Shown here: positions 1 to 11,160 of the stretch, one piece after another
Position numbering within the stretch: position 1 is the stretch's first letter
Layout of the letters: every line of letters starts with the position of its first letter
DNA from: Raja brachyura
Lineage: Eukaryota
Length of the DNA: 64,000 bases
Direction of reading: 5' to 3'
Assembly: GCA_963514005.1 (NCBI GenBank)
Contig: OY740809.1
Location: forward strand, 24,428,001-24,492,000
The notes under the pieces: generated by a model
What the model saw: only the letters and a program-made list of their open reading frames with translations
Told to the model about the DNA's origin: nothing
The model's database searches: none
Made by a program: the position numbers and the translations under genes

Positions 1-419
1 CTGGATGACAAACTATTTACTTGGAAATGGAGATTCTCCACATTCATCTATGTTAAATTGAGTATCAAAACTAGCAGCGTTGCTTAACCCTAAACAACAT
101 AGGCACTCCTGACATTTCCAGAAGATGAGAACCCATGATCTGGACTGCTATATATGCATTCCTCTTGAAATGACTAATAGGGGCATCATATCTTCTGATG
201 TTGACCTTTTAAACCGGCATGCTCTGTACATTCATGGATGACCTTTTCTGCTAACCAAACTCTGGAAAGAATCTTGTATATGTACATAAATAGGATTTCC
301 ACCTAACCCCCATCAGCGTTAAGGTGGTGTGCTCTGAGGAGATTGTTGAGAATCCCTTCAAAAGGCTCTCTTATTCATAACTTTCTTTTTTTTTAAACGT
401 ACCTTTCTGCAATGAGTCC

Positions 420-570
420 ATAGCTCACTGAAGGAGTAGAACAGGTGGTTAAGAAGGTGTACGATATGCTAGCCTTCATTGTTAGAGGCATTAAATATAA
501 GAGTCAGGATGTTATGATACAGCTCTATAGGAGTTTGGTTAGGTTGCATTGGGAGTGTTGTGACTTGTTG
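420..570 (+). mobile_element. Degenerate CR1 LINE ORF2 fragment (C-terminal region)
   Basis: Resembles the region encoding VVKKA.GMLAFI.RGI.YKS.DVM.QLYR.LVR in the better-preserved CR1 copies at 24190-24320 and 56951-57688. Confidence 0.75.
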
Positions 571-909
571 GGATGCCTATAATCTGCAATACCAATAGTA
601 AGTGTCATGCTCCTGTTACTATTTACTCTCTGTAACATCTACGGTTGTAGACACATCCAGCACATCCCACTGTCAGGTCTGATACCTGACAGTAGGACAC
701 CTAACAACTGCTCGCAGTAGGCCAGCAAGTGGTCCTAGAGCAATTCAACGTGCTTTAGCTTGCCGTGACTTCCATCTGTGTATTTTTCTGGCCTGCTGGC
801 TGAACCATACGTGGATTCTCTTCAGCCAATCCTTGGGGAAATTAGGGTTCAGAATCATCCCATTCTGACCTGGGGTCATGGTCGTTCATCAGATTGGGAA
901 GGCATCATC

Positions 910-1220
910 AGTAGGCCGCCGGACAAAAGTCAACGCAGCTATGTACGTGGGAAACCATGCCTCACCAATTTGAATGAGTTTTTCTGATGAGATAACTAAG
1001 AAGATTGATGAAGGCAATGAATAGACAATGTCAACATGGACTTTAACAGGACCTTTGACGAGGTACTGCATGGTAGCTGGTCTGGAAAGTTGACTCAAAT
1101 ATGATCCAGGACAAGCGATCAAACTGGATGCAAAATTAACTTATAGCTAGGAAATAGAGGGTGGTTAACTGGGTGCTTAACTTCAGACTGGAGGACTATA
1201 ATAAGTAGTGCAATGCTGGA
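910..1220 (+). mobile_element. Degenerate CR1 LINE RT fragment
   Basis: Encodes SQ..YVRGKPCLTNLNEFF*EITKKIDEG..D.V.MDF..FDEV.H, matching the CR1 RT motif SQHGF..GKSCLTNLLEFFEEVT..IDEG. Confidence 0.8.
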
Positions 1221-1436
1221 CAGTATTTTGGAAAGAGAAGCAGTTAATATTCATCCCTGAACCTTGGCACTTTCCCCTGGAACCACAGGAGAGGCAACAG
1301 TTTTTCTTAGGCCTTTTCCCTCGTTGAATTCCAGCAAAGATTCACAATCACCTCCTCCAAACTCAACCCTTGCATTCTCCAAGCATGGCCTTCTCCACAT
1401 AGGCCATATACCTCCGTCTCCCCCTCTTCCCCTCCC

Positions 1437-1619
1437 NNNNNNNNNNNNNNNNNNNNNNNNNNNNNNNNNNNNNNNNNNNNNNNNNNNNNNNNNNNNNNNN
1501 NNNNNNNNNNNNNNNNNNNNNNNNNNNNNNNNNNNNNNNNNNNNNNNNNNNNNNNNNNNNNNNNNNNNNNNNNNNNNNNNNNNNNNNNNNNNNNNNNNNN
1601 NNNNNNNNNNNNNNNNNNN
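1437..1619. other. Assembly gap (183 N)
   Basis: Run of N bases following CT-rich low-complexity sequence. Confidence 1.
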
Positions 1620-1872
1620 TCATAAAATACAACACATCAAAACATAATCAAAATCACACTATAACGAACAGATCATTGTAGTACAACAGTACAATCATTG
1701 TTTATAATAGCCTCAACCCCACGCGGTGACCAGCGTTGACGGAAGGCCTCCAGCGTCCCCATGGACACCGCGTGTTCCCTCTCCAGGGACACACGTGCAC
1801 GGACGTAGGCCCGAAAGAGGGGCAGGCAGCCTACTCTCGCCTGACCGTCGACCGCCCGCTGCCTGGACCCGC
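1620..1872 (-). mobile_element. Tx1-clade non-LTR retrotransposon 3' end (5'-truncated)
   Basis: Minus frame encodes SRQRAVDGQARVGCLPLFRAYVRARVSLEREHAVSMGTLEAFRQRWSPRG, typical of a Tx1 ORF2 C-terminus. Stop at 1673, followed by a GT-rich 3' UTR running into the gap. Confidence 0.75.
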
Positions 1873-2060
1873 CCATCCCACCCCCTCTCCCCCTTCTCCC
1901 TCCCACTCTCTCCCTCTCTCCCTCTCTCCCTCTCTCCCTCTCTCCCTCTCTCCCTCTCTCCCTCTCTCTTCCTCTTTCCCTCTCTCCATCTCTTCCTCTT
2001 CCCCTCCCTCCCTTCTTCGATCCCTTTCCCATTCTTCCTTCTCATCCATCTCCTGTTCCT
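1873..2060. repeat. Polypyrimidine microsatellite (TCCCTC/TC)n
   Basis: Visible directly; it produces the spurious R/E/G-rich and S/L/P-rich ORFs. Confidence 0.95.
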
Positions 2061-2186
2061 GGTTCCATACACCTACTACCCACACATTTTACCCATCAGC
2101 TCATCCTAACGGTTATCCCTGGTTCCATCTGCTATTCACCTTCCTCCAAAAGATTATTGTCACCTTCCTCACTTCTCAGATTCCAG

Positions 2187-2396
2187 CACTAGTAGCTGGG
2201 CAGTTGCCTGGGGCCCCACGAGAATAAGGGCCCCATGCAATCTATGTCTTGTAGAATGTTAATGTAGAACATGAAAACGGAGAAGAACATCGCAAGTGCA
2301 TGACGGCATATTTGATTCGGCATAAAGAAACTGGAAGTGTAGGGCCCCAGTACACTGCTTTGCCCGGGGGCCTATAATGCTTTTAAGACAGCCCTG
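2187..2396. mobile_element. hAT-like MITE remnant
   Basis: Right end AAGACAGCCCTG is the reverse complement of CAGGGCTGTCTT, a hAT-type terminus. Several GGGCCCC subterminal motifs. Left TIR not clearly preserved. Confidence 0.55.
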
Positions 2397-2744
2397 ATTA
2401 GTAGTCTTTGCGTCCCTGTTTATCACCCACCTTCAGCCTCCCCTCTCCCCCACTTGGCCCCATCTTTATTTTGATTGTCTGCCTCCTTCTATTGTCCACC
2501 TGCCTCTGTCTCCCAACAGCAACCCTCTCCTTCTCCTACCTGGCTCAACTTGCCTATATCCTTTACCGTTCCTTGGTCCACCAATCATCCCCGGCACCTA
2601 TCCTACCATTCTCCCTCTTCTCTTTATACTGGATTTCTTCTCTCTCCATTCTTACTATCTCCATTGATAGTTCCTTTCCCTCACATATACCGTTCAACCC
2701 ACTGAGTTTCTCCAACATTATTGCTACATTTTGTTGCTACATTT

Positions 2745-2776
2745 AACATTTCGGATCATAGATCCTTCATCAGAAC
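2745..2776 (-). ncRNA. Minimal hammerhead ribozyme motif (Penelope-associated)
   Basis: Minus strand reads CUGAUGA-A-GGAUC-UAU-GAUCC-GAAA-UG-UU: both conserved core boxes plus a perfect 5-bp stem II. Confidence 0.65.
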
Positions 2777-2893
2777 TGAGAAAGTGAGAAAGCAAGATTT
2801 CCTAGATTTTCATTTATAATTTTAAATTTAGTTATGATTTTTCCATGTCTATTACGATAATCCTATTTTAGTTTTCCTACCATCGATACTCAC

Positions 2894-3078
2894 GTACTGA
2901 GAAACCTGCGTGAAAGGCTAAGGTACTTTGTTCGCTCGTGTGCCAGTCGACGTATAGCTCGCTGTTGGCTTCTGTCGTTATCCAACACGTTGATCAGATT
3001 GGCCACAGAGCGCATCGTGTCAGCGTTTCTGGGGATCGCCAAGAGGAGTCTTCTGTCATGATCCCCGCTAAGGCACTG
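2894..3078 (-). CDS. Candidate internal coding exon of an unidentified gene
   Basis: Pyrimidine tract plus ttag acceptor and GTGAGT donor (2893-2888). 185 nt open in one frame (QCLSGDHDRRLLLAIPRNADTMRSVANLINVLDNDRSQQRAIRRLAHERTKYLSLSRRFLS). CpG-rich and not repeated in the window; no protein recognised. Confidence 0.3.
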
Positions 3079-3189
3079 CTAAGGTGAGATAGAATAGGAG
3101 ACGTATCAAAGTAAAGCCATTAACAGTAGTTAGATAGAATCTAGTTAGATGAATGACAGGCTGAGGAAAACCTAGGGTGGGAGGTGGGC

Positions 3190-3951
3190 AGCGCTGGTGA
3201 CACTAGTGGCACCAGCAGTGGCTGCCTCACCCACAGTCTGTCTGTCCTTTCTTTTTTGATATTTTTAGTATGTGTTGAAAGTATGTTTTAATGTTCCTTG
3301 GTTTGTTTTATGTGGGGGGTGGGGGGGGGAGGAGGAGGGGGATGGGGGGGGGGGAGGAGGGGGTTGGGAGAAAACCTTTTTTTCAAACTCTTACCTCGAC
3401 AGAGATGCATTCGTAACTCCGTCCCCACTGCGGCCTAACATCTTGGAGTTGGCGGCCTTTCCTGGGCACCGACCCGGCGCTCCAAACCGCGGGAGTCTGC
3501 GGGAATTTTAACATCGCAGAGCTTGCAATCCCTTTGCCGGGGAGCGAAGCTCCAACCGCGGGGCCTGTGGACTTTAACATCGTGAAGCCTGCAGTCTCTG
3601 GTAAGAAGAGGCCGACTCAGGAGCTCCATGCTGCGGAGAGAGTTTCAATCGCCCCGATGTGGGAGTTTCGATCACCCCGACGGGGGCTTCGATTGTCGGC
3701 TGCAGGGGCTTTGATCGCCCCGACTGCAGGTGGTTTGACTGGCCCGACCGCGGGAGAACAAAGAGGAAGATTGAACTTTATTGCCTTCCATCACAGTGAG
3801 GAATGTGGAATCCACTGTGGTGGATGTTTATGTAAACTTTTATGTGGTTGTGTGTCTTGTTGCCTTTCACTTAGTATGACTGTATGGTATCTGAATTTTC
3901 ACTGTACCTTAATTGGCACATGCGACAATAAACTGACCTTGAAACCTTGAA
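3190..3951 (+). mobile_element. Non-autonomous retroposon with Rex1/Babar-like 3' tail
   Basis: Ends GACAATAAA followed by (ACCTTGA)n, like the Rex1 tails at 19870-19903. GC-rich interior with repeated ATCGCCCCGA motifs and a long G-tract; no recognisable coding domain. Confidence 0.55.
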
Positions 3952-5297
3952 GTAATTCTACAGATTTGAAAGAAAAACTGGTAATGAAAAACCGTGAAAG
4001 AAATCTTAATTCTATAATAGTGAATGCACAAGAAGAAGCAATGGACAATGTCTGAGCTGCATTTGATCAATAAGCCAGCTTGGGCTATTAAATTAAGCTA
4101 ATACTTCAGCCCCTCTCCCACAACTGATGATGGAGAAAAGCCAATTTAAAAAATGAAATCTGCAATCTAAAGTGATCACTCCACTTCAGCTTGGGAAAGC
4201 ACGGTTTAAAATAATAGGAGTCTGGAATTAAAACAGAATGAAGATCGTAGGTGAAACCAATCTCTGTATCTCCCTCCATGGCCCAATTTGGCTTGCAAGA
4301 AAGTAGGGACAAGATGCTGGAATCCTACTGTTATGTGGCAAGTGCCAAGCAGTCTGCTTTCAGTGGCGGCTTCACTTGTGCAGCAGTTAAGGCTGTTTCA
4401 CAGACCTGCTGGCACACACTTGATTCTAGAGTTGCTGAGACATATAACCAGAGCACCTCACCATGGCTGCAAACCAAGATGATAGGTTTGGCTTAGCAAA
4501 AGAGATGGTCTATAATTACTGAACTTAAGTTCTTGCTAAGTTGAAAAAATGTAATGAATGACTATCTGTCCCAGCTCGAGCAATGAAATCATTAAAGCTC
4601 CATCTTTGAACTTGTTCTTACAGATACAACAACATTGCCAATATAAATAAGAGTGGCAACATTTTGCAAAATGCAAAAATGAAAAAACTTGCAGAATATG
4701 TTTTCTGATTTAAAAGATACATATTTTTGTGTTGCAATTGTAAATGTTAAAAGGAACTTAAGCTAATGGTCCATATTGTGGATATTTTACTGTTGTTCAT
4801 CTAACTCATTGATACAAATGCAAGACAGGGACATTGTAGCAGTCAATCTTTAGTTGTGAATCACACTCTGGCACGTAGGGACCGGTAGATTTTGTGGGAG
4901 TTGTCAGAATCAGAATGTTTAAGAAAGAACTGCAGATGCTGTAAAAATCGAAGGTAGACAAAAATGCTGGAGAAAAAATCAGCAGGTGAGGCAGCATCAG
5001 AATCAGTCAGAATTTGTCAGAATCAGTATTGTATGTTCTAAGACTATTCAATGTATTTGTTGTGATGTACAATTCCATTTTGAGGAAGAGATTCAATAAT
5101 AAAGGATAGTCCTCGACATTACGGGACAAAGTTAGTGATTTTCTTTGCAGGTTCCCTATATTCCGCTAACATGTTTATTGACAGGCAACGCAAAGTGCGT
5201 ATGAAAATCAGACGGTGGAAAACTGAAGCAAAAACATGAAAACTGGAAAAATACAGCGTCAAGCAGCATTTTTCAAGAGAGGAACAGACCTGATTTT

Positions 5298-5390
5298 AGA
5301 CACAAAATGCTAGAGTAACTCAGCGGGACTTGCAGCATCTCTGGAGAGAAGGAATGGGGGACGTTTCGGGTCGAGACCTTTCTTCTAAAC
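5298..5390 (-). repeat. Penelope-derived short repeat with degenerate hammerhead
   Basis: Minus strand reads tagaagaaaggtctcgacccGAAAcgtc...gagatgctgc...cccgctgagttactc; the CUGA box is mutated. Confidence 0.75.
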
Positions 5391-5814
5391 AGACCTGATG
5401 TGCTTGTTGGCCTCCTCTGTCAGTATAGTCCATTGATGTAAGTCTTGCAGACACTGTGGATCTGTACTGCAGAAGCAGGCTTTCATGTTTGTGAATCTTA
5501 CTTTGTTATTAGTTCAAGGGTACTGGACTGAACCAATGTCCAGTGGTGGAATCTATCTATCGCTTGGAACCGACCATAGTTGGGGGTTTTTCCAAATAAA
5601 GTACATAAAGTTGTGGTCATCCCCCAGGTGTCTCAACTCCTAGTCATGTGCCTCACCATTTCCTCCTCAACCCACCTCTGCCTACAAGCTTGACCACATA
5701 CCAAACACATTCAGCGCACCCTCGCATCACCCACAACCTCACCACCCAGTAGCAAATCCTCCCAGATAACTCCTCTCCGGATCCTGATCCTCATTGACTG
5801 ATTGATTTTATGGA

Positions 5815-6615
5815 GCTTAACTGTTTTGCCGAGCACTTACACTCTGCCCGGAGCTCCTGGCTGCAAGCCATTTTAATTCCTCTCCCCATTCCCACACTAA
5901 ACATGCTGCTTCTTGACCTTCCCCACTGCCAGGGTGAGGCCAAATGCAAACTCGAGGAATAGCACCTCATATTCTGCCTGGGTAGTCTCCAGCCTGAAGC
6001 CATGAACATTAATTTACCTGATATCAGGTCAATGCTTCTGCTCTTTCCCCATCTCTCCCCAGCTAATCCACGCTGCTCCTGTCACACCCACTGCCTCTAT
6101 CATCCAATTTGGATGGAATTTCCCTTCTACTTTCATAAAAGGACTGGACAAGCTAGATGCAGGAAAAATGTTCCCAATGTTGGGCGAGTCCAGAACCAGG
6201 GGCCACAGCCTTAGAATAAAGGGGAGGTCATTTAAGACTGAGGTGAGAAAAAAAAATTTCGCCCAGAGAGTTGTGAATTTATGGAATTCTCTGCCACAGA
6301 GGGCAGTGGAGGCCAAGTCACTGGATGGATTTAAGAGAGAGTTAGATAGAGCTCTAGGGGCTAGTGGAGTCAAGGGATATGGGGAGAAGGCAGGCACGGG
6401 TTATTGATAGGGGACGATCAGCCATGATCACAATGAATGGTGGTGCTGGCTCGAAGGGCCGAATGGCCTCCTCCTACACCTATTTTCTATGTTTCTATGT
6501 TTCTACTCTGTCATTCCTGATGAAGGGTCCGAACCAAAATGTTGGTTGAGTATTTCCCTCCACAGACGCCGCCTGGCTCATCGAGTTCCTCCAGCGGCTC
6601 ATTTGTTGCTCCACA
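5815..6615 (+). mobile_element. Penelope-like element 3' end (GIY-YIG C-terminus plus hammerhead-bearing terminal repeat), split by a CR1 3' fragment
   Basis: 5820-6015 encodes FAEHL...HFNSSPHSHT...HCQGEAKCKLEE*HLIFCLGSLQPEAMNI, the PLE endonuclease C-terminus. After the CR1 insert comes CTGATGAAGGGTCCGAACCAAAA (6517-6539). Confidence 0.8.
6135..6505 (+). mobile_element. CR1 LINE 3' end
   Basis: Encodes MFPMLGESRTRGHSLRIKG...RVVNLWNSLP...GY*, followed by the 3' UTR stem-loop and a (TATGTTTC)n tail; very similar to 24470-24848. Confidence 0.92.
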
Positions 6616-6913
6616 ACATTTTGTGTCTTCATCAAGCGATGTCCTGGCTCTCCGAATATACACTTCTGGGCTTCCTGCCTCTATGACCCCTGTGACAACT
6701 TGTTATCAGTTTGTCCATTGCGAGCTGCGCATTCTTCAGCCCCATGAGCGTCCCTCAATTTACTCTTGGCTCACACCTTAAATCAGGATCAGTTCATGAC
6801 AGGGATTAAATACTGCCGATTCCAGTGACCTCCATGTCCACAGAATGAATAAATAAAAAATCACCGTCTCTTCATCTGTAGCACTTCGCTCCTGGCACAA
6901 CGAACCTTCAGAT

Positions 6914-7195
6914 TTGCTGCCTTACAGCGCCAGAGACCCGGGTTCGATCCTGACTACAGGTGCTGTCTGTGCAGAGTTTGTGCGTTCTCCCTGTGACCGC
7001 AGGAGTTTTCTCCGGGTGCTCCTGTTACCTCCCACACGCTAAAGATGTACATGTTTGTAGATGAATTGGCTTTGGTAAAAATTGTAAATTGTCCCTAGTG
7101 TGTAGGATAGTGTTAGTGTACGGGGATCGCTGGTTGATGCAGACTTGGTCAGGCTGAAGGGTCTGCTTCTGCGCTGTATCTCTAAACTACACTAA
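6914..7195 (+). mobile_element. tRNA-derived SINE (HE1/V-SINE-like)
   Basis: B box GGTTCGATCC, conserved core, CR1-like tail and (CTAAA)n end; many copies in the window. Confidence 0.9.
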
Positions 7196-7483
7196 AACGA
7201 ACTTTCTCCCAACACACAAAACAGAAATTCACCAACACTTTCTGTTTTTTCCCCCTCAAAATCAGGTGATAACTTATAACTCCCTGACCATCTCTTGCCC
7301 CCCCCCCATCCTCCTTCCGTCACCCCCACAGCTCCAGTCACCGCACCTGCCACCCTGTTCCTTTCTCCTTCTCATCATGCTCATCTCACACCCCTCCCTG
7401 CTCCAAAAAGTCCTTCACTTTTATTCTTTTATTCCCCCATTTTTCTCACACATCCCTATCTCCTTCCACTGATTTTACTCTCC

Positions 7484-7555
7484 TCACGCTGCGGCCCTGT
7501 TTCCACCAATCTTTCCACCGCCACACACAAGAAGCACGAGATGCGCAAGACGCCA
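7484..7555 (+). repeat. Partial copy of the mini-element at 55660-55833
   Basis: Shares GCGGCCCTGTTTCCACCAATCTTTCCACC.CCAC.CACAAGAAGC..GCGCAAGAC with 55680-55746. Confidence 0.85.
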
Positions 7556-7574
7556 CTATATGGAGATGTTGAGG

Positions 7575-7850
7575 AAACAGGCCCCTCGGCCCAACTTGCC
7601 CACACCAGCCAACAATGTCTCAGCTACACTAGTCCCACTTGCCTGCGCTTGGTACTTATCCACGCAAACCTGTCCTACACATGTACCTGTCTGTTTCATG
7701 AACGATGGTATAGTCCCAGCCTCAACTACCCCTCGGATTCCTATTAAATCTTTTCCACTTCACCTTGAACCTATGCCTTCTGGTCCTTGATTCCCCAACT
7801 CTGGGCAAGAGAGTCTGTGCATCTACCCAATCTATTCCTCTCATGATTTT
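7575..7850 (-). mobile_element. CR1 LINE 3' fragment
   Basis: Reverse complement of the CR1 subfamily 3' end also at 30720-31165 and 37075-37440. Confidence 0.85.
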
Positions 7851-8694
7851 ATCTCCACCCCTTGGCCAATCACTCACCAGGCTTTACCCCACCGCTACCT
7901 CTCTTTTCCAGCTATCTCCTCCTCTCTCCCTGTCTGAAGAATGGCCCCAAACCAAATCTGTCCATTCCTTCCGCAGATGCTGCCCGACCCGCTGAGCCCA
8001 ACTAGCACTTTGTTTATTTGCACAGTGAGCCCCCCACATTTCACTATTTCTTTTAGTAGAAACTTTCGAGTGAAACCATCAGAAACAAGTGTGCAACTTG
8101 TTATGCAATCAGTGACCTTTGATATTATTTTCAGGTTATCTGACATCTTCTGAACAAGAAGTAATCAGCATATTAGCTGCTAAAAATGTTGTCCCTTGTT
8201 AGACAAACAGGGGAAAAAAATAAAATTGAACATCACATAACAAAGAAATGTAATCTATATAACTAAAAGTTTCATCTTGACCACTTCCTGTCTGTGCTGT
8301 ATATTGATTTTAGAAAAAAAGGCTACCATATATCGCTATAATTTTTGGCCATCTTACTCACAGTCCTCCTCCGCTGAGGCAGCCCTGAGGATTTTCCCAA
8401 TTGATGAAAAGTAAAAAAGTTATGAGTGTTTAAAAAATCTTGCGATCAGCTGATTGATCCTCTCGCCTGTCAATCGCCACGATGAAGGTAACGCCCCTTC
8501 TGGTGGGGGGGAGGGGGGCAGGACTATAAAACCCAGGATGCCTGGACATGAATCAGACACTCTGGAAGATCACGAGGGAGAGGCCACAACTGTCATTCTT
8601 AACTGTGACTCAACTGAACTGTGAGTCTGCAATATACTTGCAACAAATGATTTGTTAGCCCTTAATGACAATGCAGTGAGTTGTTTGGCAATTT

Positions 8695-8900
8695 GGTGGC
8701 CTGCACTCTGCTTGGAATGCTGTGAAATTGAATGTGGTGGCCTGCACTCTGCTGGAAATGCTGTGAAATTGAATGTGGTGGCCTGCACTCTTGAAGGTGG
8801 CCTGCACTCTGCTTGAAATACTGTGAAATTGAATGTGGTGGCCTGCACTCTGCTTGAAAAGCTGTGAAATTCAATGTGGTGGCCTGCACTCTGCTTGAAA
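8695..8900. repeat. ~41-bp minisatellite inside the Helitron
   Basis: GGTGGCCTGCACTCTGCTTGRAATGCTGTGAAATTGAATGT, about 5 copies, one truncated. Confidence 0.95.
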
Positions 8901-8921
8901 TGGAATTTCAAGGAATAGCCG

Positions 8922-9090
8922 TGAGTGAACTGCCAGCCCACCAGTCCTGAGTGAATGAGCTGCCAGTCCACCAGCCTTGAGTGACTGAGCTGCCAGCCCA
9001 CAGGGCCTGAGTGACTGAGCTGCCAGCCCACCAGGCCTGTGTGACTGAGCTGCCAGCCCACCAGGCCTGAGTGACTGAGCTGCCAGCCCA
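8922..9090. repeat. 30-bp minisatellite inside the Helitron
   Basis: GAGTGACTGAGCTGCCAGCCCACCAGGCCT, about 5.5 copies. Confidence 0.95.
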
Positions 9091-9961
9091 AGAATCCATT
9101 CGGGCCACAATGTCCGTGCTAGCCCTCTGGAAACCAGTCCCTTTGGCTCACAACACCCATACTAGCGCTCCAGAGCGGAATTGGGGGAGAGGTTGAATAT
9201 TGAGTTGTGGGACCAGCCCTCCCGTGTGAACATGGGACTCAACGGGTCCCACTTAGTCTAGTGACATATCAAATGGTGAAAAACAGAAAAGAACATTGTA
9301 TTATTAGTGTAATTGAAACAAAATGAAACACTCGTGCTTTACTAACTTCCTTTAATATTATCTAGAGAAAACATCTTGAAATGAAACAGTTTGCAGCATT
9401 TAAGCCCTCACTGCATAATTTACTGTCTTTCATGGGTGGAGGTGAGCTTTTTTTTTGTGGGAATGTGTTTTTTATTTGGTTTGTAACCCCTAATATCTCA
9501 ATACCAGTGCCCAAGCCACTAAATCTTCAACCTCAATCCTCTGTCATTACAGAAAACCAACTTCAGAACCACGATGAGGTGTTTGACACAGCTCCAATCC
9601 CTGCTCTGCTCTACATGGTTTAAGCAGGTGGTTTCGTCAGGTTCTCTGGCTAGCCACTTAATGGTATGCGACCTACAACTTTCTCATAAAATAACATTAT
9701 TAACAAGGGAAACATGCCTCGTGCATCATATCTTGTTACTGCTGCAACCCATCTTGTGGCAGAGGTGCCATTGAGGCTGCACATTTGATTTATGTGAGAC
9801 TGATTGGTATCTTGTTCAGCAACCTACTCAATAATTGATGTCAATATAGTTTCCTGTTTATGGGTGAATCTTATCTTTCAAGAAATCAGATTAGTCTGGT
9901 TCACTTTTGCTAGAACTTTACTCTCCTGGATTTCCTCCAGATTTCTCCCTCACTAGTTAGC

Positions 9962-10253
9962 GCGGCAGGGTGGCGCAGAAGTAGAGTTGAGCGCTTACAG
10001 CCCCAGATACCCGGATTTGATCCCAACTACGGATACTGTCTGTATGGAGTTTGCACGTTCTCCCCGTGACCTGTGTGGGTTTTCTCTGAAATCTTCGGTT
10101 TCCTCCCACAAAGACGTACAGGTTTGTAGGTTAATTGGGTTGGTATAAATGTAAATTGTCCCTAGTGTGTGTCGGTTATTGTTACTGGTCGGCATGGAGT
10201 CGGTGGGCCGAAGGGCCTGTTTCCAGGCTGTATATTTAAGCTAAACTAAACTA
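9962..10253 (+). mobile_element. tRNA-derived SINE (HE1-like), near full length
   Basis: A box TGGCGCAG..G, degenerate B box, core and (CTAAA)n tail. Confidence 0.9.
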
Positions 10254-10319
10254 ACACCCAATAGTTACGTAGCCCTTTTTGAAATGGGGACTGGAATAGT
10301 TAGTGTGAAAGCAGTGCCC

Positions 10320-11160
10320 CCAACATTTTCCAATATTCTATAGACTCTGGATCAGTTCCTGTGGACTGGAGGGTAGCTAATGTCACCCCATTAGAGAAAA
10401 CAGGGAATTATAAACCAGTTAGCCTAACATCAATAGTGGGGAAGATGCTTGAGTCGATTATTAAAGATGTTATAGCAGCACATTTGGGATGCAGTGACAG
10501 GATCGGTCAAAGTCAGCATGGATTTATGAAGGAGAAATCATGCTTGACAAATCTACTGGAAGTTTTTGAGGATGTAACAAGTAGAATGGATAAGGGAGAG
10601 CCAGTGGATGTGGTGTATCTGGACTTTCAAAAAGCCTTTGACAAGGTCCCAAACTAGAGATTAGTGTGCAAAATTAGAGCTCATAGTATTGGGGGTAGGG
10701 TATTGACATGGGTAGAGAACTGGTTGGCAGAAAGGAAGCAAAGAGTAGTCCTTTTCAGAACAGCAGGCCGTGACTAGTGGGGTGCCGCAACGGTGCTGGG
10801 ACCCCAGTTATTTACAATATATATTAACAATTTAGACGAAGGAATTAAATGTAACATCTCCAAGTTTGCGGATGACACAAAGTTGGGTGCAGTGTGAGCT
10901 GCGATGAGGATGCTATGAGACTGCAAGGTGACTTGGATAGGTTGGGGGAGGGGGCAGATGCAGTATAATGTGAATAAATGTGAGGTTATCCACTTTGGTG
11001 GCAAGACAAGAAGGCAGATTGTTATCTGAATGGTGTCAAATTAGGAGAAGGGGAGGTGCAACGAGACCTGGGTGTCCTTGCACATCAGTCACTGAAAGTA
11101 AGCATGCAGGTACAGCAGGCAGTGAAGAAAGCTAATGGCATGTTGGCCTTAATAGCGAGA
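10320..11160 (+). mobile_element. CR1 LINE RT fragment (disrupted)
   Basis: Encodes DWRVANVTP..GNYKPVSLTSIVGK..SQHGF..YLDFQKAFDKVP, then SGVPQ and KFADDTKL. Confidence 0.93.

Larger units (their letters stand above)
8254..9261 (+). mobile_element. Non-autonomous Helitron
   Basis: Starts TC (TCTATATAACTAAAAG) after an A and ends CTAG before a T. Subterminal GC hairpin TGGGAC.C-AAC-G.GTCCCA at 9233-9251. Internal minisatellites; no TSD. Confidence 0.85.

Noticed and set aside
1713-2227. Several 84-163 aa ORFs rich in R/E/G or S/L/P
   Set aside because: They are translations of the CT microsatellite.
4251-4496. 81-aa ORF in sequence not repeated in the window
   Set aside because: GTG start, no domain and no convincing splice signals.
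6914-6960. tRNA-like A/B boxes here and at many other loci
   Set aside because: They are SINE heads that continue into the SINE core and tail, not tRNA genes.
8570-9110. 173-aa repetitive ORF and a CRISPR-like appearance
   Set aside because: Tandem minisatellites without unique spacers inside a Helitron; eukaryotic context and no cas genes.
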